A DNA stretch of 64,000 bases from Dysgonomonas sp. (GTDB lineage Bacteria > Bacteroidota > Bacteroidia > Bacteroidales > Dysgonomonadaceae), in the NCBI GenBank assembly GCA_047606265.1, contig JASGEQ010000007.1, positions 48,941-112,940 on the forward strand, read 5' to 3'. This document shows, in pieces, positions 50,132 through 60,458 of the stretch. The position numbers and the translations under genes were made by a program. The notes below the pieces were generated by a model, which saw nothing but the letters and a program-made list of their open reading frames with translations, searched no databases and had not been told where the DNA came from. The first letter of the stretch is position 1. Each line of letters begins with the position of its first letter.

Positions 50132-52075
50132 CTATTTACAAACAAAACATACTATCCATCCGGCAAAACCGACTACTAAGATCAATGCTCCTAACAGATA
50201 AACGAATGCATATTGTTGGATATATCCGGATTGCAGATTCTTTATAGATCTGGATGCAGCCTGAGTTACATAGGCCAATGAATTCATAAAACCATCGACA
50301 AACGTGCGGTCGAACCAAGCGATAGGTTTAGATATACGTTTGAATATTATACTGCGGGTTACAAATAACCACAGTTCATCCCAGTAGAATTTATTAAGAG
50401 CCCACTTGTAGAATGTGCTGATATTACCTGCTATTTTATCCGGTATTTCATTTTTCTTATAATATAATCTGAATGCAATACCTATAGCAATCAGCGATAT
50501 GCCAACACTTACAGATGCAACGAGCATATCAATATGTGAATGATAAGGCACACCGTCGGATGTAATAAATTCGCTGAACGGTACGAAACCTGCAAGAGCC
50601 GCAAATACCGCCAATATAATTAAAGGTATAGACATCGCAGTACCCGCTTCGTGAGGTTCGTGATGATAATGTTTCTTTTCGTAGAAAAATATTCGTAGGA
50701 ATAAACGTGTCATATAGAATGCTGTCAATCCTGCGGAAATACTAAGCATTATATAAATTGCAAAATTATGCTCCATCGCAGCTACCAGTATTTCATCCTT
50801 ACTCCAAAATCCGGAGAGAGGGAAAATACCTGCAATCGCTAACCATGCAATCGCAAATGTAATCCCTGTAATTGGAAGCTTCTTCCAAAGACCTCCCATA
50901 TCGTCCATCTCATTGCTATGCACTGCATGTATAATCGCTCCTGCACATAAGAACAATAGCGCTTTGAAGAATGCATGCGTAAACAAATGAAACAATCCCG
51001 CCATGTAACCAAGCCCCTCATGTCCTCCGAAATCGGAAACTCCAAGCGAGGTAAGCATAAATGCGATCTGAGAAATTGTAGAGAATGCCAATACGCGTTT
51101 TATATCGGTTTGAGTACAAGCTACAACCGCAGCGAACAGTGCTGTTATTGCACCCACCCATGAGATTACGGTCAAAATATCAGGCGCACCAAAGTGATAG
51201 ATTGGGAACAAACGCGCTACGAGGAATACTCCGGCAACAACCATCGTTGCAGCGTGGATAAGGGCAGACGCTGGGGTTGGACCCTCCATCGCATCGGGCA
51301 ACCAAATATGGAAAGGCATCATCGCCGATTTTCCGGCACCCCCCATAAAGATCAACAACATTGCCCATGAGAGGACTGACATTCCCATAAAGGATAATCC
51401 TGCTGTAGATGCTACAGGAAGAGCTGCATCGGATGCTGTAAGAGTTGCAAAATTGAATGTCCCGGTAAAATACGATAGTAATAAGATACCTACAAGGAAA
51501 AAGAAGTCTGCAAATCGAGTAACAATAAATGCTTTCTTAGAAGCTGCTACAGCCGACGGTTTCACATAATAAAAACTGATGAGCAGGAATGATGAAACAC
51601 CCACAAGCTCCCAGAAAATATACATCTGGAAAATATTTGTCGCTACTACCAGCCCTAGCATTGCAAAGCTAAACAAAGAAAGGAAGGCGTAATAACGCTG
51701 GAAACCTTTCTCACCTTTCATATAGCCAAGGCTATACACATGTACCATCAGCGATACAGTAGTAATAACAACGAGCATCATCACCGATATAGGGTCTAAA
51801 TACATTCCCAAATCGATATGAAGTTTATCTGTAAATCGTAGCCACTCAACGTTGAATACGTTTATAGCATGGTATGCACCATCAGCGCCTTTACCTATGC
51901 CAAAGAAGTACTGATATGCCGTTGTATAAGCCAATATCGTCATTATACTCAGCGATATTGTTCCTAATGTTCCTGCAACAATGGGCTTCATATACTTTCC
52001 GCCCAGTCCTAAAATCAGGAACATTATGACCGGAAGAACGAGTATCAGTATAGAATAATTAAATGCGTGTTCCAT
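50132..52075 (-). CDS. nuoL: NADH-quinone oxidoreductase subunit L
   Basis: GKSAMMPFHIWLPDAMEGPTPASALIHAATMV, HLFTHAFFKALLFL. Confidence 0.96.
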   Translation of the reverse strand: MEHAFNYSILILVLPVIMFLILGLGGKYMKPIVAGTLGTISLSIMTILAYTTAYQYFFGIGKGADGAYHAINVFNVEWLRFTDKLHIDLGMYLDPISVMMLVVITTVSLMVHVYSLGYMKGEKGFQRYYAFLSLFSFAMLGLVVATNIFQMYIFWELVGVSSFLLISFYYVKPSAVAASKKAFIVTRFADFFFLVGILLLSYFTGTFNFATLTASDAALPVASTAGLSFMGMSVLSWAMLLIFMGGAGKSAMMPFHIWLPDAMEGPTPASALIHAATMVVAGVFLVARLFPIYHFGAPDILTVISWVGAITALFAAVVACTQTDIKRVLAFSTISQIAFMLTSLGVSDFGGHEGLGYMAGLFHLFTHAFFKALLFLCAGAIIHAVHSNEMDDMGGLWKKLPITGITFAIAWLAIAGIFPLSGFWSKDEILVAAMEHNFAIYIMLSISAGLTAFYMTRLFLRIFFYEKKHYHHEPHEAGTAMSIPLIILAVFAALAGFVPFSEFITSDGVPYHSHIDMLVASVSVGISLIAIGIAFRLYYKKNEIPDKIAGNISTFYKWALNKFYWDELWLFVTRSIIFKRISKPIAWFDRTFVDGFMNSLAYVTQAASRSIKNLQSGYIQQYAFVYLLGALILVVGFAGWIVCFVCK

Positions 52076-52096
52076 ATCTTGTAACTATTTCCTTGC

Positions 52097-52441
52097 TTAG
52101 TTTTTCATTTCAGTTATGTTTTCATCTATATATATACTCTTCACATTACGATATATATTGATGATAATAGCGATGGCTATAGCTGTTTCGGCAGCAGCAA
52201 TACCTATAGCAAACAGCGTGAAGAAAAAGCCCTCCATCTGTCCCGGATACAAATAACGGTTGAATACGACAAAATTAAGATCCGCCGCATTAAGCATCAA
52301 TTCTACCGATACTAATACCATCAACATATTTTTGCGCGACAGGAAGCCATAAACTCCGGCAAAGAACATAATTGTGCTTACAGCCAGATATGCCTCAATT
52401 GGCACCGGTCCTGAAAAAAAACTTGTTATAAATTCGCCCAT
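52097..52441 (-). CDS. nuoK: NADH-quinone oxidoreductase subunit K
   Basis: VSVELMLNAA, IAAAETAIAIAI; ATG at 52441. Confidence 0.93.
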   Translation of the reverse strand: MGEFITSFFSGPVPIEAYLAVSTIMFFAGVYGFLSRKNMLMVLVSVELMLNAADLNFVVFNRYLYPGQMEGFFFTLFAIGIAAAETAIAIAIIINIYRNVKSIYIDENITEMKN

Positions 52442-52495
52442 AACTTTATATTTCAATTAGCTTTAGAATAATCTAAGCCATTTATCTTTTAATTT

Positions 52496-52999
52496 TTATC
52501 TTTTTCTGGCAATCATTATACCCCCAATGATACAAGCCAACAGCAATATACTGATTGCTTCGAAAGGCAGTAAATACTGATATTTGTCTGTTCCCATCAT
52601 TGCCATACCTATATCCTGCATCTGCAATTCGCTTTGGGTAACATAGGTATAGAATTTGTTTACATTATAGAAAATAATATGACCACAAATACCTAAGCCG
52701 GCAAACGCCGCAAGAGCCGCCACAAACATCCTGCCGGGCTTCTCAAACTTAATGTCCCTGCCGGGTTCGTTCGTAAGCAAAATGGCAAAAATGAACAATA
52801 CCATCACACCTCCGGCGTAAACAGCAATCTGTACAGCCATAAGGAAGTGGTAATCTAGTAAAAGGTACAAACCAGCGGTTCCTAATAATACAAATAACAG
52901 GAATGTTGCCGAGCGAATAATTTTTTGAGTTGTCACCGCCATAATGGTGGAGAAAACTATTATAGTCGCTAAAACGTAAAATATAATTTGTTCTGCCAT
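52496..52999 (-). CDS. nuoJ: NADH-quinone oxidoreductase subunit J
   Basis: QIAVYAGGVMVLFIF, YLLPFEAISILLL. Confidence 0.93.
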   Translation of the reverse strand: MAEQIIFYVLATIIVFSTIMAVTTQKIIRSATFLLFVLLGTAGLYLLLDYHFLMAVQIAVYAGGVMVLFIFAILLTNEPGRDIKFEKPGRMFVAALAAFAGLGICGHIIFYNVNKFYTYVTQSELQMQDIGMAMMGTDKYQYLLPFEAISILLLACIIGGIMIARKR

Positions 53000-53007
53000 A
53001 ATCCGGG

Positions 53008-53616
53008 TTATTCTTTATCTTCTTTTTTGTCAGTATCGGCATCTGCTTTAGGTGCTGCCACTGTATTTGTTACATCATTTTTCGGAGCACTTTCTGTTTC
53101 TACAGGCTTTTCTACTTTAGGAACAGGTTTGCTTACAGGAGTCTCTTTTTTCTTTTCACGAAGCTTAGATCCTTCACGGTTCAACTGCTCTATCAGTTTG
53201 CCACGTGTAAATAACGAATTCTCAAATGTATTAGCAAATTTGATTGCATCTGAAGGACAGGTAATTACACACAGATTACAGAAAGTACACATTCCCAGGT
53301 CATAAATATATCGATCTAGAATTTTCTTTTTCTTGCCATCTTCTGTCTCAATCGTCTTGGATATTACTTGTATTGTTCCATTCGGACAATTCATCTGACA
53401 AATACCGCAAGCTGTACAAGCATGCTCGTTATTATCGTCATGAGGCATTGTCAACTCTCCACGAAAACGTTCAGGAATAATAAGGGTTGCTCTATTTTCG
53501 GGATATTGCTCTGTGATCTTCTTTGTCCACAGTTCACCCCATGTTACCCTCATCCCTGTAAGAAGAGACTTGATTCCTCCAAATAAACCTGAAAAATATT
53601 CTGATACTGAACTCAT
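53008..53616 (-). CDS. nuoI: NADH-quinone oxidoreductase subunit I
   Basis: Two 4Fe-4S motifs CTACGICQMNCP and CTFCNLCVITCP; low-complexity charged tail. Confidence 0.95.
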   Translation of the reverse strand: MSSVSEYFSGLFGGIKSLLTGMRVTWGELWTKKITEQYPENRATLIIPERFRGELTMPHDDNNEHACTACGICQMNCPNGTIQVISKTIETEDGKKKKILDRYIYDLGMCTFCNLCVITCPSDAIKFANTFENSLFTRGKLIEQLNREGSKLREKKKETPVSKPVPKVEKPVETESAPKNDVTNTVAAPKADADTDKKEDKE

Positions 53617-53638
53617 TGTCGTATTTTCTATAAATTAA

Positions 53639-54739
53639 TTATTTCAGGGTCCAACCCAATAAAACAAGTGCTACCATCAACAATATATTCACCATATTAA
53701 TAGGTAGCAAATATTTCCACTCAAGATTCAATAACTGGTCAATACGTAAACGAGGGAATGTCCATCTTACCCACAAACTAAGAAAAACAAGAAACATTGC
53801 TTTTCCAAAGAACCAAATCATAGAAGGAATATAGTTCATTACTTCGTTAAACTTATCCCAATTTTCTATTTGTATTGCGTTGTAACCGCCTAAGAATACA
53901 GTAGTGGCAATAGACGCAACGATAAACATATTTAGATATTCAGCCAAATAGAAAAATCCGAACTGCAACCCTGAATACTCTGTATGGTATCCGGCTGTCA
54001 ATTCAGACTCGGCTTCCGGTAAATCAAATGGTCCACGGTTAGTTTCGGCATGACCAGAAATCAAATATATGATAAAAGCTATTATTGCCGGCACATGACC
54101 TGCAATAATATTCCATTGATGAATATACGTTTGCCCTTCTATAATTTTAGAAAAGCTCATTGTTCCCGACAGTACAACTACCGTCATCAATGCAAATCCG
54201 GCAGAAAGTTCATAGCTAATAAACTGTGCACCACTTCGCATAGCACCAATCATAGAGTATTTGTTGTTACTAGACCATCCGGCCAAAAGAACGCCAATAA
54301 TACCCAGCGATGAAACAGCTATAACATAGAACACTCCTATATTAAAATCAATTGCTTGTAATTTATATCCGAATGGAATTGCACCGAATGTTAGCATAGA
54401 AGCTACAATCATAAAAAACGGCGCTGTAAAAAACAGGAACCGGTCAGACTTCTTTACATGGATTATTTCTTTGATCAATATCTTGATCATATCGGCAACA
54501 CTCTGGATTATCCCCCATTTACCAACACGGTTAGGACCGTAACGTGCCTGAAAGAACGCCGTAATTTTACGCTCCACATAGATTAGCATCAAAGCTAATA
54601 CTGCATACAAAGTCAGTAGAGCGACACCGACAAGGATAAACTCTATGGTAAGAGCTGCCCAAGCAGGCAGATTGCTGTGTAACCAAGTATCAAACCATGT
54701 GGTTAATTGAGCAGGCTCCAATGAAAACTTTAACAACAT
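53639..54739 (-). CDS. nuoH: NADH-quinone oxidoreductase subunit H
   Basis: [33 protein letters not shown]; ATG at 54739. Confidence 0.96.
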   Translation of the reverse strand: MLLKFSLEPAQLTTWFDTWLHSNLPAWAALTIEFILVGVALLTLYAVLALMLIYVERKITAFFQARYGPNRVGKWGIIQSVADMIKILIKEIIHVKKSDRFLFFTAPFFMIVASMLTFGAIPFGYKLQAIDFNIGVFYVIAVSSLGIIGVLLAGWSSNNKYSMIGAMRSGAQFISYELSAGFALMTVVVLSGTMSFSKIIEGQTYIHQWNIIAGHVPAIIAFIIYLISGHAETNRGPFDLPEAESELTAGYHTEYSGLQFGFFYLAEYLNMFIVASIATTVFLGGYNAIQIENWDKFNEVMNYIPSMIWFFGKAMFLVFLSLWVRWTFPRLRIDQLLNLEWKYLLPINMVNILLMVALVLLGWTLK

Positions 54740-54773
54740 ATTAGTGCTATATTGATAGAATAAATAATCTTGA

Positions 54774-56405
54774 TTAACGGTCAATATCAGGAATCACATA
54801 GTCCATAGAACCACCGATACCAATAAAGTCAGAAATCTTTTCGTCTTTACAAATCAACGGCATAGCCGAAACAGCAGCCATTGAAGGTGAACGGAATTTT
54901 AAGCGGTAAGGAGTTTTATCTCCGGCACTGTTAATGTACACACCAAACTCTCCACGTCCAGCTTCAACTCTCTGATAATATTCTCCTTCAGGCAATTTGA
55001 TAATCGCTTTTGTTTTTGCCAAGAAATCTCCTTCAGGAATATTATCGATAAGTTGCTCTATAATTTGTAAAGATTCTTCTATTTCGTCCAGACGGTTGAG
55101 GTATCTGTCAAAAGAATCCCCGTTATGTCTGACAATTTCTTTAAATTTCACTTTATCGTACAATGCATACGGCGCATGTTTACGGATATCGCAAGAAAAT
55201 CCAGAACCACGTCCGGCCGGGCCTGTAACAGCAAGAGAAATAGCATCCTCTGTAGTAAGGATACCAAGACCCTTCATACGTCCTACGGCAATTACATTTC
55301 CGGTAAATAGTCTATTATATTCATCTAGCGCCTTACGCATCACAGGAATGAAGGCTTTTACATCTGATTGAAAATCAGGTTGTATATCGAACATCACACC
55401 ACCCACTACGTTGTAGTTGATAATCAGACGGCCTCCTGTAGTTTTCTCGAAAATCTTCAGAATATCTTCGCGTTCGCGCATACCATAAATAAAAGCCGTT
55501 GTAGAACCTAAGTCCATACACATGGTACCCCAAGCAACAAGGTGCGAATCGATGCGATTCAACTCATCCATGATAGTACGTATATATTGCGCCCTTTCCG
55601 GAACTTCTATTTCTGCGGCTTTTTCAACACACATACACAACCCGTGACGGTTGATATTTGCCGAAAGATAATCAAGACGGTCGGTAAAGTGCAGTATCTG
55701 AGGATAAGTGAGTTTTTCACTCAGTTTTTCTATTCCTCTGTGGATGTAACCACTATGAACATCGATCTTTTTCACAATCTCTCCATCCAAAGCTACGCGA
55801 AAGTGCATAACACCATGTGTAGACGGATGTTGAGGCCCTATATTGATGATGTAGTCGTCTTCTTCAAAGATATTTACTTTTTCCTCTCTACGCTTACCGT
55901 TTTCGTCCTCCATAATGCGAGGAGCAATGTCTACGATATCTTTACTTTCAATGGACACCGGGTTTTTTATAGGACTGGCATCATAATCTTTTCTCAAAGG
56001 GAAGCCAACCCAATCGGAATTAAGGAAAAACCGGCGCATGTCCGGGTTGTTTATAAAACGGATACCAAGCATGGCGAAAACCTCACGCTCATTGTAGTGG
56101 GCTGTCTCCCAAAGATCGGTTACTGTATATAGCAACGGGGTTTCCCGGTCAGTAGTTCCTGTCTTAACAGCAACCTCTACCGATAGATCCTTTGATGAAG
56201 ACAACAGATAAATAACGCCTAGTTTTTCGCCCCAGTCCATACCTGTCATCATGGCAAGGTAGTCGAAAGGAAATCCGGCATTGTAGCGAAGCGCTTTAGC
56301 CAACTGTCGTAATTTATCAGGTTCTACGGTTACCGTCAACGGGGTTTTATCTTCAAAAACCGCATCAGGCACAGCATCTAGTATTACCTTCTTGATATTT
56401 TCCAT
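54774..56405 (-). CDS. nuoCD: Fused NADH-quinone oxidoreductase subunit C/D
   Basis: [21 protein letters not shown] (C), [12 protein letters not shown] and GYIHRGIEK (D). Confidence 0.95.
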   Translation of the reverse strand: MENIKKVILDAVPDAVFEDKTPLTVTVEPDKLRQLAKALRYNAGFPFDYLAMMTGMDWGEKLGVIYLLSSSKDLSVEVAVKTGTTDRETPLLYTVTDLWETAHYNEREVFAMLGIRFINNPDMRRFFLNSDWVGFPLRKDYDASPIKNPVSIESKDIVDIAPRIMEDENGKRREEKVNIFEEDDYIINIGPQHPSTHGVMHFRVALDGEIVKKIDVHSGYIHRGIEKLSEKLTYPQILHFTDRLDYLSANINRHGLCMCVEKAAEIEVPERAQYIRTIMDELNRIDSHLVAWGTMCMDLGSTTAFIYGMREREDILKIFEKTTGGRLIINYNVVGGVMFDIQPDFQSDVKAFIPVMRKALDEYNRLFTGNVIAVGRMKGLGILTTEDAISLAVTGPAGRGSGFSCDIRKHAPYALYDKVKFKEIVRHNGDSFDRYLNRLDEIEESLQIIEQLIDNIPEGDFLAKTKAIIKLPEGEYYQRVEAGRGEFGVYINSAGDKTPYRLKFRSPSMAAVSAMPLICKDEKISDFIGIGGSMDYVIPDIDR

Positions 56406-56416
56406 TATTTATATTC

Positions 56417-57001
56417 TTACTTATCTCGCTTTATATTTTTATGTCCCGTTTTAAAGACAAACCGTTCTATTTTAATCTTACGTTGCAATTGCATCAATCC
56501 ATAAAACAATGCTTCCGGACGAGGCGGACAACCCGGCACATAAACGTCCACAGGAATAATTTCATCAATTCCTTTTACCACATGGTACGAATCAACGAAC
56601 GGACCTCCCGATATAGCACAACTACCCATAGCTACTACATATTTCGGTTCTGCCATCTGATCGTACACACGTTTCAACAGAGGGGCCATTTTATGAACTA
56701 TCGTTCCTGCCACAACCATCGTATCGGCCTGACGCGGACTATTACGAGTAACCTCCATACCAAAACGAGCCAAGTCGTAGCGAGCAGCTGCAGAAGCCAT
56801 AAATTCGATACCACAGCAGCTTGTAGCAAAGGCCAACGGCCAGACAGAGTTGGAACGTCCCCAGTTGATCAGGTCGTCAAGCTTACCAACAACGACCGGG
56901 ACTCCACCTTCATTCAATTCCTTAAGATAATCTTCGAGATATTCATTATCTCTGAATTCATCATTCGGAATACCTTTTATATAAATGTTCTTTATTTCCA
57001 T
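56417..57001 (-). CDS. nuoB: NADH-quinone oxidoreductase subunit B
   Basis: [27 protein letters not shown]; ATG at 57001 overlaps the nuoA stop. Confidence 0.96.
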   Translation of the reverse strand: MEIKNIYIKGIPNDEFRDNEYLEDYLKELNEGGVPVVVGKLDDLINWGRSNSVWPLAFATSCCGIEFMASAAARYDLARFGMEVTRNSPRQADTMVVAGTIVHKMAPLLKRVYDQMAEPKYVVAMGSCAISGGPFVDSYHVVKGIDEIIPVDVYVPGCPPRPEALFYGLMQLQRKIKIERFVFKTGHKNIKRDK

Positions 57002-57345
57002 TTCAATGCTCCTTTCCTCCAGGCATAAGCTAAACCTAAGCCCAGTATTAATATGAAGAATAATATACAATAAAAGCCGGGCATACCTAAATTCCTCACG
57101 ACAGTAGCCCAAGGGAATAAGAATATAGCCTCAACATCGAACATCAAGTACAGGATTGCGTATAGATAGTAACCCACTTTAAACTGCATCCAGGAAGTAC
57201 CATGGGTAGGAATACCACATTCGTAAGGTTCTCCTTTTTGTGGATTAAATGATTTCGGGGATAATAACAGTGCCATGCCGAGACCAGCACAGACCAAAGT
57301 AATTCCCGTTAAGAAAACTACTAAAAAAAGAGCGGAAGAACTCAT
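56992..57345 (-). CDS. nuoA: NADH-quinone oxidoreductase subunit A
   Basis: [29 protein letters not shown]. Confidence 0.95.
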   Translation of the reverse strand: MSSSALFLVVFLTGITLVCAGLGMALLLSPKSFNPQKGEPYECGIPTHGTSWMQFKVGYYLYAILYLMFDVEAIFLFPWATVVRNLGMPGFYCILFFILILGLGLAYAWRKGALKWK

Positions 57346-57461
57346 ATTTTCATGTTAAAATTAAGACTTTTCTATCAATTGTCGTTTTTTCAGTAACATC
57401 GCCAACACTTTGTCATAGCCCCAAAACGCCGCTTCAACTAAGGTTATTTTGACAATCGGCG

Positions 57462-57492
57462 CAAAATTAGTCTTTTATTTTTTAAACGCAAA
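57462..57492 (-). promoter_or_regulatory. Canonical Bacteroidetes housekeeping promoter of the nuo operon
   Basis: TTTG-N19-TAATTTTG. Confidence 0.75.
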
Positions 57493-57545
57493 AAATAAAA
57501 TGACAAAATATCGAAATTTGACAAGTGCGGATTACAAAATACCGC

Positions 57546-58472
57546 TTATGCTTTTTCGCGAATCACGTATATCGGGCGTTTCTTTGTCTCCAGATATGTT
57601 TTAGACAGATATTGCCCAAGTATACCAAGACAAAACAATTGAATACCACCTATAAAAAATATCGCACACATTGTAGATGCATATCCCTGCACTTCGTCTC
57701 CAAACATCAATTTTTTGAAAATGATAACACATATTAGAACAAAAGCTACAGCACAAAACAGGATACCAAACACCGAAGCTATAACCAATGGACGAGTAGA
57801 GAAAGCGATTATTCCCTCCAAGGAATAAAAGAACAATCCAATAAAAGACCACTTGGTTTGCCCTGCAACACGCTCAACATTTTCGAAGGCTATCCACTTT
57901 GTCTTAAAACCAACCCAACCGAAAATACCTTTCGAAAAACGATTGTATTCTCCCATTTCCAAAATGGCATCCACCATTTGGCGTGTCATCAGGCGAAAAT
58001 CCCGAGCCCCGTCTACAACCTCTGTATCTGATATTTTATTTATCAATTTATAGAATTGTTTTGCGAAAAAAGAACGAACAACCGGTTCCCCTTTACGATC
58101 GACACGACGAGTTGCCACGCAATCATAATCCTCTGTCTTCAGCGATTCGTACATCTCTTTTATCAGAGACGGAGGATCCTGCAAATCTGCATCTATGAGC
58201 GATATATAATCACCCGTTGCTGTTTTCAGCCCCGCATAAATCCCTGCTTCTTTTCCAAAATTACGGGAAAATGAAACATAATGCACCCTGTCATCAGATT
58301 CTCTCAACCCCTTGATTAATTCTAGCGTCTGATCTTTAGAACCGTCGTTTATAAAAATAAACTCAAATTCTTGTCCTCTCATATCTTCCGCAAGTTTTAC
58401 AATTTCTTTATATAAGAAGGGAAGTGCCTGTTCTTCATTATAGCAAGGTATAATCAATGAAATTTTATCCAT
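57546..58472 (-). CDS. GT2 polyprenol-phosphate glycosyltransferase, GtrB/CsbB-like
   Basis: IPCYNEE, INDGSKD, SRNFGKEA, DADLQDPP, GARDFRLM; two C-terminal TM helices. Confidence 0.9.
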   Translation of the reverse strand: MDKISLIIPCYNEEQALPFLYKEIVKLAEDMRGQEFEFIFINDGSKDQTLELIKGLRESDDRVHYVSFSRNFGKEAGIYAGLKTATGDYISLIDADLQDPPSLIKEMYESLKTEDYDCVATRRVDRKGEPVVRSFFAKQFYKLINKISDTEVVDGARDFRLMTRQMVDAILEMGEYNRFSKGIFGWVGFKTKWIAFENVERVAGQTKWSFIGLFFYSLEGIIAFSTRPLVIASVFGILFCAVAFVLICVIIFKKLMFGDEVQGYASTMCAIFFIGGIQLFCLGILGQYLSKTYLETKKRPIYVIREKA

Positions 58473-58494
58473 ATCGTGTTGTTTATGTTAAATG

Positions 58495-58502
58495 CAAAGG
58501 TA
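58495..58502 (-). promoter_or_regulatory. -7 promoter box for the GT2 gene
   Basis: TACCTTTG, 22 nt upstream of ATG. Confidence 0.65.
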
Positions 58503-58678
58503 TGATCTTTCCGTGAATTAACATTGGCTAAGTTAAAACAAATTATATGTTCCATAACTATTTGTTCTTTTTCAGTGGCCGAACCTATGAGCACAACCCT
58601 TATCCACATCAATATTCGACCACATATCCCGATAACTCTTAGCATCACGATAACATTTATCGCATCTTTCAGCTTCGC

Positions 58679-59737
58679 CTACAAAGTCTCTAAATATTTA
58701 TGCGACAATCTTGACACCGGGTACAAATCGACCTCTTCAATCTTGATCTTCAAATACTTTTCATCCATAAGTAGTTCTTCCGGGATCTCAACCTGATAGA
58801 ATGTAGCATATACCGTCTGATGCGAAAGCACATGTTTCATTTTGGTGATATATCTGATCTGTATTCCCCCTGTAGGGAACAAATTGCAGAAGACTTCTTC
58901 GCCATACAATTCACCATCGGTTAGATCTTTATCACTTTCTATCAAAGGCAGCTCATAAAGCCCTTGCCAAATATCCTTATCGGTCCGCTTATGCAAATAC
59001 ATAAAATCACCAACACGAATATCGAAATAATTAAAGTAACGGTTTTTGGTTTTTATTTTACCACCCTTTACGGGATAGCGACTCACCTCGCCTCGCGCAT
59101 AAGCTAAACACAGAGCCGAAGCAGGACAGTTTACACAATCGGGGGAAACCGGGGTACATTGCAAAGATCCAAACTCCATAATCGCCTGATTATGAAGGGC
59201 CGCATTGGATTTATCTAAAAGAGCCATAGCCAACTCATTAAAGAGCCGCTTGCCACTACCATTATCAATAGGCTTATCTATGGCAAAAACCCGGGATAAT
59301 ACCCGATAAACATTTCCATCAACTACAGCATAAGGCTGATTATAAGCAAAAGAAACTATAGCGGCGGCCGTATACTCTCCAACACCTTTTAGATTTAGTA
59401 CTTCTTTATATTTAAAAGGAAATACCCCATCGTATTCATTTACTATAAACTTGGCTGCAGAATGCAGATTCCGCGCCCGACTATAATAACCCAAGCCTTG
59501 CCAAAGTTTCAGCACGTCATCTTCTTCTGCATTTGCCAACAGCTCCACTGTCGGGTACTTCTCTGCAAATTTATTAAAGTAAGAATACCCCTGATCCACT
59601 CTGGTTTGCTGCAATATAACTTCCGACAGCCAAATCAAATAAGGGCTTGTCGTATTTCTCCAAGGCAAATCCCTCTTATTTATATTATACCAATCAATTA
59701 ATATAGAACTCAATCTCAAATCTTCCTCCATCCTCAT
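58679..59737 (-). CDS. mutY: A/G-specific adenine glycosylase
   Basis: SEVILQQT, WQGLGYYSRARNL, VVDGNVYRV, C..P.C..CP....C 4Fe-4S motif. Confidence 0.97.
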   Translation of the reverse strand: MRMEEDLRLSSILIDWYNINKRDLPWRNTTSPYLIWLSEVILQQTRVDQGYSYFNKFAEKYPTVELLANAEEDDVLKLWQGLGYYSRARNLHSAAKFIVNEYDGVFPFKYKEVLNLKGVGEYTAAAIVSFAYNQPYAVVDGNVYRVLSRVFAIDKPIDNGSGKRLFNELAMALLDKSNAALHNQAIMEFGSLQCTPVSPDCVNCPASALCLAYARGEVSRYPVKGGKIKTKNRYFNYFDIRVGDFMYLHKRTDKDIWQGLYELPLIESDKDLTDGELYGEEVFCNLFPTGGIQIRYITKMKHVLSHQTVYATFYQVEIPEELLMDEKYLKIKIEEVDLYPVSRLSHKYLETL

Positions 59738-59823
59738 TTACAGGCTATTCCTTATGCGCATTATTTCCTCTTCTCAGAACGTTAATTATCTCTCAACAGG
59801 AAAAAAATGGTTATTATTTGTTT

Positions 59824-59851
59824 CAAAGGTAAATAAAAAGCTATATATTTG
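59824..59851. promoter_or_regulatory. Back-to-back -7 boxes of divergent mutY and HU promoters
   Basis: TACCTTTG on minus (59824-59831) and TATATTTG on plus (59844-59851). Confidence 0.6.
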
Positions 59852-59893
59852 CAGTCCAAAAAATTAATTGTTTCGAACTTAAAAAATAAGAAA

Positions 59894-60169
59894 ATGACAA
59901 AAGCTGACATCGTTAACGAAATTGCCAAGAATACAGGAATTGACAAAGCTACTGTATTAAAGACAGTTGAATCATTCATGGATGTAGTTAAAGACTCTTT
60001 GAGCAAAAATGAAAATGTATACCTAAGAGGTTTCGGTAGTTTTATCGTAAAAACTAGAGCACAAAAAACAGCTCGTAACATCTCAAAAAATACAACTATT
60101 ATCATACCGGCTCATTCAATTCCAGCATTCAAGCCTGCTAAAACTTTTGTAATTCAGGTGAGAAAGTAA
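59894..60169 (+). CDS. hup: HU/IHF family nucleoid protein
   Basis: MTKADIVNEI, LRGFGSF, ARNISKNTTIIIPAHSIPAFKP; ATG at 59894. Confidence 0.95.
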   Translation: MTKADIVNEIAKNTGIDKATVLKTVESFMDVVKDSLSKNENVYLRGFGSFIVKTRAQKTARNISKNTTIIIPAHSIPAFKPAKTFVIQVRK

Positions 60170-60204
60170 TTTTGACTATTAACTAATTCTTAAATATTAC
60201 AAAT

Positions 60205-60297
60205 ATGCCAAGCGGAAAAAAAAGGAAAAGACATAAAATGTCTACGCACAAGCGCAAAAAAAGATTAAGAAAGAATAGACATAAGAAGAAAAAATAA
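60205..60297 (+). CDS. 30-aa basic protein, bS22/mS38 (AURKAIP1/COX24)-like small ribosomal protein
   Basis: Read by hand: MPSGKKRKRHKMSTHKRKKRLRKNRHKKKK*; too short for the ORF track. Confidence 0.85.
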   Translation: MPSGKKRKRHKMSTHKRKKRLRKNRHKKKK

Positions 60298-60328
60298 GTC
60301 TACCCTTTTTTCTTAACGGAAATATACG

Positions 60329-60371
60329 AGAACAAACTTACAGATTGTTGAATTTCTAAGTTTGTTCTTTG
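60329..60371 (+). terminator. Terminator after hup and the bS22-like gene
   Basis: AGAACAAACTTA-16 nt-TAAGTTTGTTCT-TT. Confidence 0.7.
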
Positions 60372-60458
60372 TGTATTATACGAAACCGACTTCTGCTACT
60401 AGAAGAAACTCTCTCTAGGGTTTAATTTAAACCTATTTACAAATTCTAAAATATAGTT

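Noticed and set aside
55542-57028. 196-aa and 195-aa ORFs antisense to nuoCD and nuoB
   Set aside because: Fully inside conserved nuo genes; no protein-family features
58454-58678. 64-aa ORF downstream of mutY (possible readthrough or small protein)
   Set aside because: It runs across the GT2 promoter and start, and has no recognisable motif
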